Shown here: one piece after another, positions 24,124 through 37,415 of the stretch | Layout of the letters: every line of letters starts with the position of its first letter | Position numbering within the stretch: position 1 is the stretch's first letter | Source: Macrostomum hystrix | Lineage: Eukaryota; Animalia; Platyhelminthes | Assembly: GCA_950097015.1 (NCBI GenBank) | Contig: CATNEN010000039.1 | Span: forward strand, 7,688,001 to 7,752,000 | Direction: 5' to 3' | DNA: 64,000 nucleotides | The notes under the pieces: model-generated | The model's input: only the letters and a program-made list of their open reading frames with translations | Told to the model about the DNA's origin: nothing | The model's database searches: none | Made by a program: the position numbers and the translations under genes

Positions 24124-25470
24124 ATGTCAGCAGTTAACAATGCAGGAAATTCTCGCTGCTGTCTCAGCAGAGAGGAGAGATGCGTCATCATTCGCGACTG
24201 GCCCCTGATCGATGCAAAAAGAGACGAAGTGGCTGTGCACCTGTTTCTCAGGTAACATTTATAATTCTTTCTCAGTTTGAAGAAATATTTTTTATGAGGG
24301 CCAACACCTGGAACGGAAAGTAAGGGCAGATGCACATACCTCAGATGCCTGTGTACACATCAGTGTACCTGTGTTGTGGTGCGTGTGTACATATCTGTGT
24401 GTCAGTGTGTCAGTGTGTACATATCTGTGTGTCAGTGCACATATTCCTATCTAGTACAGTATTCATACAGCGCAATCTACACGTACAATAATATTGTTCA
24501 CTTGACCAATCGAGGACTTTCGAGTTGAACCCGGCTGCTCAGGAGCTGTTCCCCAGGTTCAGCGGACTCAGCAGGCAAAGCTTGCTTGAGCTGCCCGCCC
24601 TGCGTGCTCACGGCCTGCGCGTGCTCAGCGTCCTGGGAGCCGCTGTGCGGGACCTGGCCGATGCGGAGGCTGGCGGGGGAGCCGATGAGCACGAATGCTA
24701 CGACAGCGGCATCGACCCTGAGGTGCCCAGCATGATCGGAAAATCCCACGCCGAGATGGGGGTCCGACGGGAGCATTTTGAGGTGACTATAGCTTTTACC
24801 TGACATCTTAATATCCGAAATCAAAATTAGTCTGCACAATGCCCGAACTTATTTAATCCAAAATCTCAATTATATTCCCAGACCCAGTAATTCCCAAATA
24901 TCAACAATCCCCGACTGATATAATCCCTAATTTCAATAATCAATCACTGATTTAATCCCAGATCTCAATAATCCCTAACTGATTTAATACCAGATCGAAA
25001 ATAATCCCCAACTGATTTAATCCCAGATCTCGATAATCCCTGACTATATAATCCCAAACTGATTTAATCCCAGATCTGAACAATTCCAAACAGATTAAAT
25101 CCCAGTTCTCAATCCCTAATTGATTTGAATCCCAAATATTCTCAGTCTTCCTACCATCTCACCAAATGAGCCAGTGGATCTGAAATGACAAAGGAACAAC
25201 TGAATGCTAGAAATTGAGAAAGCTATTTAAGCGGGCATTGAATTCAGAGGGCATTGAATACTTTGATTTGCTTCAACCAACGTCTTTACATGTTAATACA
25301 TTTTAACTGCTCACTACTATTGACCGGAAATTCACTTCACGCAGAGCATGCGAGCAGGCTTGCTGGAAACCCTGGACAATGTTCTGCAATCCAGCACGCC
25401 AGAGAAGTTAGCCTGGATGAAACTGGTAGACAAACTGCTCACAATTGTGATATCACAGGGTGTGAGCTAG
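24124..25470 (+). CDS. Single-domain globin; exons 24124-24251, 24515-24782, 25345-25470
   Basis: Spliced protein has A-helix W, CD1 Phe (ELFPRF), E7 His (LRAHGLRV), F8 His (IGKSH), GVRREHFE and H-helix AWMKL. Introns fall at the canonical B12.2 and G7.0 positions. The exon-2 acceptor is GAG. Confidence 0.88.
24850..25140. repeat. Degenerate minisatellite (about 30-bp units) in globin intron 2
   Basis: Recurrent ACTGATTTAATCCCAGATCTCAATAATCCC-like units. Confidence 0.7.
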
Positions 25471-26947
25471 GAGCATAAATCAAGAGTGACATTCGACACC
25501 AATTTAGATGAGCTTCACAAATCAACGGGCCTTGCACTCTCGCTGCGTGAACATTGTTTCAGTTATCTGATTAATAACAGGTCATTGAGAAGTCACCCTT
25601 TTGGCATCGATGATTGGTCGAAACTTCTTGACCAATGAAATTTTTATCGAACTGAATTCTTCATGTTTGGGCCCTGTATCGACACAATCGCAACTTTTGC
25701 GAACACGTACACTGGGAGCTGAGCCGATTGGCTGGATCTTCTGCTCTTCATTCTGATCCTATCTCTCATCCCTGCGTGGCTCTTCCCCCTGAGGTGGGGG
25801 TTTTACTGCCTATCAGTTCTACCCCCGCCGCGCTCGCTGATTGGCTGGCGGGGTGTTTTTGTTTCTTTCCAAGACAGCCACTGCGAAGAATAAATAAATG
25901 AAAAAGCATTGGCTTAAAGTTATTTTGGCTTTTATCCGTAATTCAACGTTCTGAAAAGCACAATAAAGCAAATACTATATAAGAATTGGTCTGTTATTTT
26001 CAAGAACAACAAAATTGGTCACTTGACAATCAATGAGAGGATTTTGCAATGGGTAAAGGTTTTATTTCGCGATATATAAATGAGAACAGGAAAGAATGTG
26101 CTATACCATCAATAATAAATATATGAGTACGTGCATCAATATATTGAAAGCAAGGTTAATACAGGTTGCAACATTTTAACACAAAAGTTTGTAAAAGACA
26201 AAACTAAAACTGACTCGCTAAAAACAAATACTAGATCAAAAGTGCGCCAAAATCTAAGAGAATGATACTGGCAAAAAACTTTGAACTGACTCTCAGATTT
26301 CAGATTTTTGAAAGATCAATCAAGATTGTCCATTGCTTATCAACACACCCAGAAGCTCAGACTTGGGAATGAGGATTCGTGCATCAGCTGATAGAGGCTT
26401 ATTAACAAATAAAACATAATTCACAGATTTTTGACTAGTTGAAAAGCTGAAACCAACTGTGACTATCAAGCCTCACTATCAGAGAGGTAGTGGAGGATTT
26501 ACATTCGACTGGAAAAATGCATGAGACAAATACATTAACAAGTATTTTTTATTTAATGACTAAATTTACTCTTGTAAAATGTACGGTCCGTGGGGTAAGG
26601 GGATGACACTTCTGGCAATTTTTCTGTAAGTGCATCTTTCAGCGCACACCATCCCGTTGAATTGCAATCCCCATTTCATAACAAAAGTTTGAGACAAATA
26701 AAGTTACTTGCATTAAACTGTAAAACAATTCTTCGTATTATACTTTAAGTGTACAACTCCGATTTCATTAAAAGTAGAAAGACCACACTTAAAAATAGAA
26801 ATACCCGCTGCCCATCTCACGGTAGCTCCCAAACCGAATGACCGACTTTCGTGAAAGTCCACCAAATTGATCAACATTTTCCGTCTTATCTCATGTCCCC
26901 CAGAGGTATTTCTACTGTTAGGAAACTTTCAAAAAATATAAGTTACT

Positions 26948-28527
26948 CTACCTGTCCGAGTCCGCCATTGCTGCTTCCGAAGCTGAAGATCCAATACCTT
27001 CCGCTTCGTCCGCACTGCTGCTGCTGCTGCTGCAGTTGGCATCAGTTGCAGTTGAATGCTTCTGCTGATTGTCAGCACTGCTAGCAGGGACAGACTGGTC
27101 CACAATGGTGTAGAAGAGCCTCAGCGGCCCCTTCCTCCGCCAGGAATAAACATAGGCAATGTCCATCACGGAATAATCGGAGTTCAGGCAGTCCTCGGTG
27201 TAGAAAATGGACACAGTCAGGTGGGGCGGCAGGCTAAGCTTCAGGCGCAGAAAGCTACACAGGTGGCCGACAGTTAGGCAGGCAGGTGTGAGCAGGTAGC
27301 AGGGCCGTTTGAGATCTACGCAGTCCGAGCGAAGGCCGCAATCGTTGGCTAGGCGCGAAGTGTCCACCAGTTCTAGCGATACGGACAGTGTCTCGCCATC
27401 GTCAACAACATCGCCTGGATGATTGAGCTCGCCGCGGCTCTCCGGGCCCAGGGCGGTGTCACGACTCGGGTGGGCTTGGTAAAACTCGCGCCTGAAAGAA
27501 TTCAGCGTTAAATTCTGGATACACACTCCAGCGATCAACTCGTAGAAATAGCTCAGAGCCTGATAATCCAGGATATGTTGGGAATAGCTCAGAGCCTGAT
27601 AATCCAGGATCTGTTGGGAATAGCTCAGAGCCTGATAATCCAGGATCTGTTGGGAATAGCTCAGAGCCTGATAATCCAGGATCTGTTGGGAATAGCTCAA
27701 AGCCTGATAATCCAGGATCAGTTGGGAATAGCTCAAAGCCTGATAATCCAGGATCTGTTGGGAATAGCTCAAAGCCTGATAATCCAGGATCTGTTGGGAA
27801 TAGCTCAGAGCCTGATAATCCAGGATCTGTTGGGAATAGCTCAAAGCCTGATAATCCAGGATCTGTTGGGAATAGCTCAGAGCCTGATAATCCAGGATCT
27901 GTTGGGAATAGCTCAGAGCCTGATAATCCAGGATATGTTGGGAATAGCTCAGAGCCTGATAATCCAGGATCTGTTGGGAATAGCTCAGAGCCTGATAATC
28001 CAGGATCAGTTGGGAATAGCTCAGAGCCTGATAATCCAGGATCTGTTGGGAATAGCTCAAAGCCTGGATCCAAAGCCTGGAGCTAAATCCAGGACCTGTT
28101 GGGAATAGCTCAAAGCCTGATAATCCAGGATCTGTTGGGAATAGCTCAGAGCCTGATAATCCAGGATCTGTTGGGAATAGCTCAGAGCCTGATAATCCAG
28201 GATCAGTTGGGAATAGCTCAAAGCCTGATAGTCAAGACTCACATACCTCCTAGACATCTCGGATTTGAACAGCCCAGGCACAATTTTGTACACCAGCGAC
28301 TGGAGACTGCGGTCAGCTTTGATAGCCTTCCTAGGATCAGTTTTGTGTAGCAGAATGTCACACACGGGGCAGTACTTGCTCAGTGATAAGTGACGCAACA
28401 GACAAGAGCGGCAGAAGGAGTGCAGGCACTCAACAATGGTTGTGGCATCTATGAAGTAGCCAGCGCACAGTGGGCAAGTGATGTGCGGGTTCAGCTGACT
28501 TAGCTGCATTTTAACTATGCGATGCAT
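26948..28527 (-). CDS. BMI1: Polycomb group RING finger protein (BMI1/PCGF2/4, Psc-like); exons 28527-28247 and 27491-26948
   Basis: RING ([31 protein letters not shown]...CPVC), [13 protein letters not shown], splice junction EMSRR|REFYQAHP (BMI1 has EMKRRRDFYAAHP), RAWUL domain (..[19 protein letters not shown]). Phase-2 GT..AG intron. The 3' end could splice further. Confidence 0.9.
27547..28230. repeat. 36-bp minisatellite filling the BMI1-like intron (about 19 copies)
   Basis: GGAATAGCTCAGAGCCTGATAATCCAGGATCTGTTG units, with one irregular junction near 28065-28090. Confidence 0.95.
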
Positions 28528-30086
28528 GACTGGCTGACTGAGTTGCTGAAACTGGATTTAAAGCAAAGCTGGATAACAAATATGTGCAGTATGTACCTAT
28601 GTACTTAATTCTAAATGTGTGAATAGTATTGATCATTGCATCTCTTCAACAGTAGTACTATTGAGTCATTTATGCCCATTTTTATACTAAGGGGGAAACA
28701 TGAATTTTTTGGCAGTGCCTGAATGCTAACAGCATTGGGTGTGACTGATTGGTTTACAGATCAGACAATGGTATAGTAAAGTATAGTGAAACAAAAAGGG
28801 GAAAGATCTAAAAAGTGATGATCTGCTAAACTTCCTAAAATAAATAAATGCTTCATAGACCCTCAGTTCATTATATTAGGCCTAGGACTATTAATATACT
28901 AAAATACAAATAGATACGAACTAAGACTAACTTCCAAAGTTCTATTTTGGAATGTAAATTATAGCTTATTGCTAGCTTAGTAGCTAGCAGAACTGCTACT
29001 GAATTGGTTGAACATCTTTTTAACTGTCCTATTGTTGTGTCCAGACTGACCCCAGCTAGGCCTAGTCTATGGGCTTAGGCCTGTTTGGCCATCAACTTTG
29101 TCAACCAGTTTCTCCAGAGCACTAGTAATAGCTCCTTCAAGCCACATAGCATGGGTTACTACATGCACACAATCAACCTTTGGGAAAAACCCACATAATG
29201 AGTATGTGACATCAGGGTTCCCACATAGGGCCTATTCAGTAGGCCTACCACATGAGTAGAGAAAAACCCAATATATGGGAACTTGGTAAGCAAATTAAAG
29301 TTTGTATACATGTATAACTAAAATTATTCATAACTTATTGTTTAAAAAGTCTGCCATATCCATATACTTACAAGTAGGCCTAGTCCTGGCTGTATTCATT
29401 GCTAAGATAGAACTCATAGGCCTAACAAAAAAGTTATGTTAGCGTTAGGCCTATATTGAAATAACATTTTATTAACTATTTATATAACTAATTTACATAA
29501 CATCTATAATTATATTTACATTTTACACTTAGGCCTATAATGCCATTGTATATCAAAGCATCATAATGCCAAGCCTTACTATACTGAGGCTTGAGGGAAA
29601 AGCCCTTGTGCACACATTTGTGATATTTTCCCAATACATGCAGGAGCAGGATGGGCAGGCCTCGTGAAACTAGGAGCTGGGTCCGACGTCCGAGGGCTTG
29701 CAGGTCGGTTAAAAGTTTAGTAACAATTTCCTTAATTGGGTCTAGGTCGCAGCTGCATGATTCGGTCAATCGGTTGGGTGATTTGAAAATTTTAATAGGC
29801 CTAGACTATACGTAGTGGCCGGCCAGCAAAGTATTCAAGTCTAGGCTGCGCTTTATTTATTAGGCCTACATATAAGTATAATCGGGTTTAACCTAGTCAA
29901 TTAATAATTAATTATAAGTAATGATCTTCAGTTTTTTATTTTAAATCGATCTTTAACCTAACCATTTTCTCCGTTACATAAGTTCTGATAAATAGCTGTT
30001 AAACACACGATACCATAGCAGGTCAATCGAATCGGTTAACTGGACAAATAACAACTAGGCCTACCTTATTAATATATAGTATAATT

Positions 30087-30110
30087 TTCAAAACGTGAAT
30101 TCCCGCCAAA
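30087..30110 (-). promoter_or_regulatory. Candidate E2F site plus CHR-like element upstream of the BMI1-like gene
   Basis: Minus strand TTTGGCGGGAA followed 7 nt later by TTTGAA, then a possible donor AAG|GTAGGC at about 30064. Motif match only. Confidence 0.3.
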
Positions 30111-30286
30111 CTCATTTCTCCCGTTTTTATCATTTGTTTGTCTGCATTGTGTCACCCAACGAAGTGCTTCAATTTTTGCTAGAAATAGCTTTAGAAATTT
30201 CGCCCTGTTCCTTGGTGTCTAAAAGGAGCAAAAGTTGAAAGGCAGAGAAGTGTCAAAGTGTTTAATTGTTCTTATTCAGAGAGAAA

Positions 30287-30582
30287 GGTTGTAGCCTAGT
30301 GGTTAGGGCGTCGGACTCACGACTTGAAGGTCGGGGGTTCGATTCCCGACTCCATTAGGACAATTTGCGTGCTTTAGCAAGACACTTAACTCTGCATTGC
30401 TTCAGTTCACCCAGCTGTTAAATGGGTACCAGCATCAGTTGGGATAATTTAAGGTGGGTGTGGCGTCCCCCCAGTCCGTGGACTGAACAGCTGTACGCAG
30501 CCTTCAAATGCGCCGCGCAATAGCGGCGGCTGTGCTGTCGGCTGCACATCTGACCCAAATGGGGCAGGTGTAATAAAAAAAA
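30287..30582 (+). mobile_element. Full-length tRNA(Val-like)-derived SINE with Deu/Nin-like core
   Basis: A box TAGCCTAGTGG, B box GGTTCGATTCC, core CACCCAGCTGTTAAATGGGTACC, A-rich tail, 11-bp TSD TCAGAGAGAAA (30276-30286, 30583-30593). Confidence 0.88.
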
Positions 30583-30694
30583 TCAGAGAGAAAAAGGTTT
30601 GTGATTCCATATAAGCCAGTGAATGTTCGAAATAATAAAGAAGGATCGAGATATTTATCAAAAGCAGGATAGTTTAACAACTGAAGGAGTAGAG

Positions 30695-31358
30695 TGTGAC
30701 GATTAAAATGACGAAGACCGAAGTCAGTGGCGGCGGCAATTAGAGTTCAATTCAGTCTAGAGTCAAGTCAATTATGTGGTGTAGCGGTAGCACTTTATTA
30801 TCTGGGTGCACTGGGATGCACGACAAGCAGAGAGGAAAGTAAGGTGCAGGAACTCAACAATAGTAATAGCAATGACGACACGGCGAGGCAAAGATAGCAA
30901 ATAGTGCTCGAAGCTAGGACAGACAAGGGGGACAAACCGGCAGTGAAGTGGACAAGTGGACGAGACGATGACACCAGAACAAGTCTAGACCAGAGAAGAG
31001 AGACCAAGTGGGGCGCGAGCGGGCCTAAAGCCCTTAGTTAAATAAGCTTAGTAAACTGCAGAACAGGGCGATCGATAACTCTCGAAACTGGCCCCAGCCA
31101 ATGAGCGTGTAAGTATACTGGTCTGGGCAGACGACAATTAGACATTAGCAAAACCAAGCTGTGGCAGTGCGATGTGCTCTAACTCCTACTAACAGTAACA
31201 CTCAAAGAATTACAGCTTAACCATACGAAACTGAGAAATGGATGAAAACCAGATAACATCAGTAAAACGGCCCTAGTTAGTACACACGTAAATTAGCTAT
31301 GTAAATTAACACGTAAATTAAATTGCTAGGGGCGCTTTCAACAAGTGACAACGTCACA
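30695..31358. mobile_element. Solo LTR (664 bp)
   Basis: TGTGACG...CGTCACA inverted ends and 4-bp TSD AGAG on both sides. Confidence 0.75.
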
Positions 31359-32635
31359 AGAGGATAAATCCCGATTGGTGGATTAGCACTGTGTGCATAG
31401 TACATAGCCAGTCTATGAAGTATAACTATAAGTCATTGGACAAAGGAAATTAAGAATTATTTCAAAAGGGTCAATTTAAGGAAAAAGTGAGTTATTAATA
31501 TTAGTAAGAGAGCCCTACAATAAATTTATTTATTCTCCTGACCATCTCCTTGCGTGGAAAAGTAACGTATTTTTATGTGTTATTTGAATCTATGTCATTT
31601 TATAATGTATCATGCGTTCCAGCAATTTACCTCGTAATTATTAAGTTATGCTGTCAGTAGTGCTTTCCCTCCTTCAGCGATACTTATTGTACGTACTCTA
31701 CTACTTTTGTTTACCCGTAAAATAAATATGCGCGCAGTTCAGCTCTTGGATGCATTTCTTGCGTATGCATCCCACCGACGACATTATCGAACTGGGCGGG
31801 ACACGTTGAGCCACAGCACTGCGGCAGTCAGAAGGAACACTAGCATTGCAAGTAAGCTTTGACTAATTCAGAAGTTGAAGCTACTGAATCTTCAGATCTT
31901 TTCAGTTATTGGAGGATCAAGCTTCTTCTTCGTCGGATCTTTTGTTTTCTGTCTGGTTGTTTTACCCGCCGTTCTGTTCTCGTAAATTTTCTAGCAAAAA
32001 TCCTCCATGCGTGGACTATACTTTTTATGCCTATGCAATATGCCTAAATACGCAATTCAATTGTTCTTCATATGGGCCTTCTTTGAGACTTTTAAGTATA
32101 ATAAAATACTGCTTTTGTTTGATTTTCACAAAAAACTCATTTGTGAAGAATCACGACTGCATGGTCCTAGTCGTTTACGGGGAGTACAGTTTTTACAACA
32201 AAGCAAAGCTAAACGATCGATGTAACAAAAATCATTATCTGAAATTTTAGGCTAATTCAGAGTCGAAAGCCATTTTTGAGGTCCCGCCATCACAAATGCC
32301 CTGTTGATCAAATTGCTCAGAAGCTACTTCGCTTTAGGCTTTTTCGCCCACACACGATTCATCCACCCCAAACGGCAAGGAAAGTGCCGCAACATAACTC
32401 ACTTCTTACCCCTATTACCAACGAAAGTCAGTGACTAGTAACCGTTCTTAAAATAACCTTCAGACAGCTGTCTTGCATGGCTCGGTAATCACATTCCAAC
32501 TGTTGGTTCTTAAGAGTTCTTCATAAGAGAAACTATTTTTAAGTCATCAAATTTTATCTATATATTTTAACTGAATGTTCGCTTTCACTGGAAAATTTTA
32601 AGGGCTAAAATTTACGAGACTGAAGACAACCACAA

Positions 32636-33395
32636 ATGAGATCAATCACGGAGTGTTTGCTGCTGAACCTGCTGTTGCTTAGCAGCTTGCCGCTCCTGAC
32701 AGTGCGGGCTCAGTGCCCCGCACCTTTCCTCCTCGAAGCGGACAGGTGTGTGTACGTGAACACCTCGCAGATTTATAGCTGGTGCTCAGCCAACCGGTTG
32801 TGTGCATCCATGGGAGCCGAGCTCATAAACTCGTACAGCTCGCTGCAGTTGATCAACAGCATGCCGAGCTTTGCCTGCCGTTGCAAACTGTGGTTCGGCG
32901 TGACTGACTTGGCGGACGAGAGAGGCACCAGTAGATCTGGCTGGCATCTCGTCAATGGAAACGGAATTCTGTCTCTCCAAAACTCGCTCTGGTTCTTTCA
33001 AATGCCAAATGACAACGGCAATCAGGACTGCATCAACACCTCGAAGTTCGCAAACATTCAGCTCGTAGACTTAAGCTGCTCTCAAGAACACGCATGGCGC
33101 TAACCCGGCTCGGACAATGACCAGCGCTTACTGGCTGCTGACAGCTTTCAAGCGCACCAGCTACAACCCCAGCACTGAGTACTGCTACTCTGACGTGCAG
33201 CAGGTGGGCGGTGTCATCCAGTGCGTTGCTGCAGCCATGCGCTCTGGTGGCTACTGCAGACACGTGCTGTTCAAGCGCAAGCTGAAACTGTGCCGCCTGC
33301 TGGAGTTCACCGACGCTCAGGTCGAGGAGGAGATTGAGAACAGCGCCGACTGGGTGAAATTTAGGGTTTCTCAGTCGCTGCCAAGTCCTGTCTGA
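32636..33395 (+). pseudogene. C-type lectin + Cys-rich (PAN/apple-like) gene, copy A1, frameshifted
   Basis: Paralogue of 42072-42863. About 20 nt are missing near 33078, removing the last CTLD Cys and shifting the frame (stop at 33103). The C-terminal module continues in another frame. Confidence 0.85.
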
Positions 33396-33932
33396 GCTGG
33401 GCTGTCGTGTCGCCTGTGCACTGTTTCGGCTCCTAAGAAATCTAAAATGGTTGGCACGCAACTCACGCAATGGAATGAACAAAGTTAAATACTTTTAACA
33501 AAGACTTCGTCAGACGGATCGAAAGTTAAAACTAATAAACTGAATTAAGATTGTGAAAATATAATCGATCGAATAAAAAACTGCATAAGAAGCTTTATCA
33601 GATAGAGGGTATTTCTCAGTAAAATTTTGCGAGTTGTCGAGATTGCTTATATAGCTGTATTTGATGGCTAACTTTTGATTTCATGCAGTTTTTGTTCTAC
33701 GAATCGACATTGACATTTGAGGTAAACCATGCTAGAGGATCTACTGGCAAAAATATCCAAGTTGATAAAAAGCCAACCAAAGTGGATAATTCTAAGTTGA
33801 ACTCTCCAATGGCCATATACTATATAATAAATCATCAAGTAGATAACTTAAAACCAAGTTATTACGAATTACGAAAAAAATAAATGTCAATTCAAAACGA
33901 TTCATATTTTGTGACGTTTGGTTGCTTTTTTA

Positions 33933-35760
33933 CTGTAATTCTCTAGAATTTTGATGGCTTGTATCAATTTGATTGGCATTTTAGTCTATAGTAGAGTGTA
34001 GTTCTATGGCAGTGGCTGCTACCTGCAGTGAATTGGGATTCTCAACGTGATTGACTCGACTTGGCTGACAAAAGCAATATTGGTTTTGTCAGCCTAACTG
34101 AGAATAAAGCCACCCAAAATGAGAATCCTGCCTATGCGCTGACTGCGAAGGGCCTGGCTGCGTGCAGCCTTAGTCTTTGGGCCATAGACAATAAAGGACA
34201 AGCCAAGTGATAAAAAGCCATCCAATTTGAGAATCCTGCCTACGCTGAATACGAAGGGCCTAGCTGCGTCCAGCCTAGTCCATGAGCCATAGACTATAAA
34301 GATAAGCAAAGTGATAAAAAGGCATCCAATGTGAGTATCGATCGCTTTTTCTCTTCCCCCCAGCTCTCTCCACTCCTCCAAGCGCAACTCCCCCATCACT
34401 GCTTCTCCATCACCCACAGTCTCGTTGCTTTCTTGCCTATTTATCTAACACCTAGAATTAACAGAGTACAGTCTTCACCACTGCAATAAAAATGCCCGCC
34501 TCATCTGTGGACCGCCAGCGACTCATCGCGGCCATTGAAAATGGAAGCTCACTAAGGGAAGCAGCAGCCGTCCTGCAACTGCCTGTCTCAACTGCCTATA
34601 GAATTGCCCATCAGCATCGCCTAAAAGGAAGAACTGAGGCGCTTCCCCGAGGTGGTCAACGACTTCTTAAAGTTGATGATGAAATGCGGCAATTTCTGAA
34701 CCAGAAGCTGCAAGAGAACCCCCTCTTAACGTTAAAAGAGATGGCCAACTACATGGTTGTAGCATGATATCAAGGCCGTGCTATCAGGGGTCGCCCTGTT
34801 AAGCGGACTGTGACGACACAAAGAGGCCCAAACGTGACCGTCTGCATGGCTATCTGCGCAGAGTTTGGCCTGGTGCACTCGACCGTGCAGCGGGGTGGTC
34901 AGACGCTGGTTCGCTTCCAGGAGTTCATCAACTTCTTGGCAGAGCGATGCAATGAGCTCGATGCCGATGGAAGCTGGCTGGTTGTGATGGACGGCCCGCA
35001 CTTCCACAGGGGAGCCAGGGTGCCGGAGCAACTACAAGAGAAGATCTCGATTCGCATCCTGCCGCCATACTCACACTTTCTCAACCCATCGGAACTGGCC
35101 AGCAGTGCGCTGAAGGCACGAATCAAAAGCCGCCTGGCAGACGCTGGACTAGTCACCGAGGAGGCCGTTGCTCCAGATGGCGTTAACAAAGAGGAGTGGC
35201 GATTCATGCTGTTAGAGAGGGAGGCGCGCGAAGCGATTGACGACACAGTCACTGCTGGGAAGGCTGCCGCGTGGGACCTGCATTGCAGACGACTCTTTGG
35301 GCAGTGTATTGAGGGACGGCTATTTTAACTCTTTACTTTACTGTATTGTATTTGTATCATCCTGTGTGTTCCTGTTTCCGTTATTCCGTTCAAGCTATTG
35401 GCTAGTCAAATGGCTCAGAAGGTATAAAAATAAAAGAATACGACGCATAGACCAATCAATTCTCATTTTGGATGGCTTTTTATCACTTGGCTTGTCCTTT
35501 ATTGTCTATGGCCCAAAGACTAAGGCTGCACGCAGCCAGGCCCTTCGCAGTCAGCGCATAGGCAGGATTCTCATTTTGGGTGGCTTTATTCTCAGTTAGG
35601 CTGACAAAACCAATATTGCTTTTGTCAGCCAAGTCGAGTCAATCACGTTGAGAATCCCAATTCACTGCAGGTAGCAGCCACTGCCATAGAACTACACTCT
35701 ACTATAGACTAAAATGCCAATCAAATTGATACAAGCCATCAAAATTCTAGAGAATTACAG
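33933..35760 (+). mobile_element. Tc1/IS630-superfamily DNA transposon with about 300-bp TIRs; internally deleted transposase (34492-35328)
   Basis: TA|CTGTAATTCTCTAG...CTAGAGAATTACAG|TA; HTH N-terminus; VVMDGPHFH...LPPYSHFLNPSE; the first catalytic D region is missing. Confidence 0.92.
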
Positions 35761-36644
35761 TAACTTCTTCGGAAGTTTCGAAGCCCAAATTTCCCTATAA
35801 AGAAGATATTTTAGCCGATTGGCTACGCATCCTGTCCAGAGAAGTGGGATTTTCAACCCAGACAACATTCGCTAGTCTCTTCTTGGCACTTCATTGAATC
35901 GGATTTTATCACCGACTAGATCAGGACAAGAATTAATTAATGCACATCGCCATAGCGAAGGCAGAAACGGCATCACTCGCTTGGGCAGAATTTTGAGCAC
36001 TGCAAAAATTGTCTACGGTCTGCCTTAATAAATCATCCCTCACTCTGAAATCGTAGCTCGGTGAAAATGTTGACGGCACAGCAAATACATTTAAATATAA
36101 ACACAGCAACCAATTAGCTACAAATCTTTCAAGAATTCAATTGTCTCAAATCAATTCAGCTCAAGACAAAAAGTCTAGTATTGCGCTGCTTTCACCGCTG
36201 ATTTGGCTAGCTGAAAAAACTGCATCGCAGAGTTTTCCTAATTTTAGAAGCAGAATTTTCGCAAAAAATCTATTTCAGCTCAAAGGGAACCCTACAAAGG
36301 CCCTTCCCCGCAACAAATGAATTTTCGCAAAAAAACTATTTGAGCTCAAAGGGGACCCTACAAAGGCCCTTCCCAGCAACAAATGAATTTTCAAGAGGAA
36401 AGCAATAATAGCTTATATATATATCACTAAAAGTAGACAAAACTCAGGGGAGCGACGAAATTTATGACAATCGATAAAAAACAATATGCGAAAGGAACAG
36501 AAACACAATGAAGCGCAATCTTTTTTTTCAGACTATAAACAGCATGAGACCACGCCGAGCAACACTCTTCAAGATATTAAAGCTGGTGGATAGTCTAACC
36601 AGAAGGCATTGTTCTAAAGACAAGTCAGAACATTTTTGGACACC

Positions 36645-37415
36645 ATGAGCCGATCGACATTGATGCTGTGCCTTCTGACCGTCTTGCCGCTGGTGGCAGT
36701 GCGGGCTCAGTGTCCCGACCCGTTCAGAATTGAGGCCAACAGGTGCATATTCGTAAACATGTCGCAGAGGCTGACCTGGTGCTCGGCCAACAGGTATTGT
36801 GTGTCGATCGGAGGCGAGCTCCTGAACTCGTACAGCTCACTGAAGCTGCTAAAGACTATGCCGAGTGTCCAGCAGTGCGGCTGCCAGATTTGGATCGGAG
36901 TGAGCGACCTGGCTGATGAGAGATTTGCTGACCGAGCTGGATGGCAGCAGGTGAATTATAACGGCATTCTAGCCCTGGACAACACCATATGGTACTCCAA
37001 TATGCCGAACAACAATGGAAACCAGGACTGCCTGCATAATTCCAACCTCATCATCAGTGATCTAATTGATAATTTCTGCTCTTTCAAAAAAACATTTATT
37101 TGCGAATGGCGGAATTCAACTTCGCAAAGCCGGTCTCAAAATAGCTTGCTCTGGCAGAGGACTGTCTTCAAGTGCACCAGCTACAACCCCAGCACTGAGT
37201 ACTGCTACTCTGACGTGCAGCAGGTGGGCGGTGTCATCCAGTGCGTTGCTGCAGCCATGCGCTCTGGTGGCTACTGCAGACACGTGCTGTTCAACCGCAA
37301 GCTGAAACTGTGCCGCCTGCTGGAGTTCACCGACGCTCAGGTCGAGGAGGAGATCGAGAACAGCGCCGACTGGGTGAAATTTATGGTTTCTCAGTCGCTG
37401 CCAAGTCCTGTCTGA
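36645..37415 (+). CDS. Secreted C-type lectin + Cys-rich C-terminal module, copy B1 (intronless)
   Basis: Signal peptide, CP..F...C, W..A..YC...G.EL, IWIG, W...MPNN...QDC, C...K.FICE. Confidence 0.88.
   Translation: MSRSTLMLCLLTVLPLVAVRAQCPDPFRIEANRCIFVNMSQRLTWCSANRYCVSIGGELLNSYSSLKLLKTMPSVQQCGCQIWIGVSDLADERFADRAGWQQVNYNGILALDNTIWYSNMPNNNGNQDCLHNSNLIISDLIDNFCSFKKTFICEWRNSTSQSRSQNSLLWQRTVFKCTSYNPSTEYCYSDVQQVGGVIQCVAAAMRSGGYCRHVLFNRKLKLCRLLEFTDAQVEEEIENSADWVKFMVSQSLPSPV

Noticed and set aside
30287-30360. Genuine tRNA genes (also 23153 and about 39400)
   Set aside because: No proper acceptor stem; they continue into SINE bodies, one with a TSD and A-tail.
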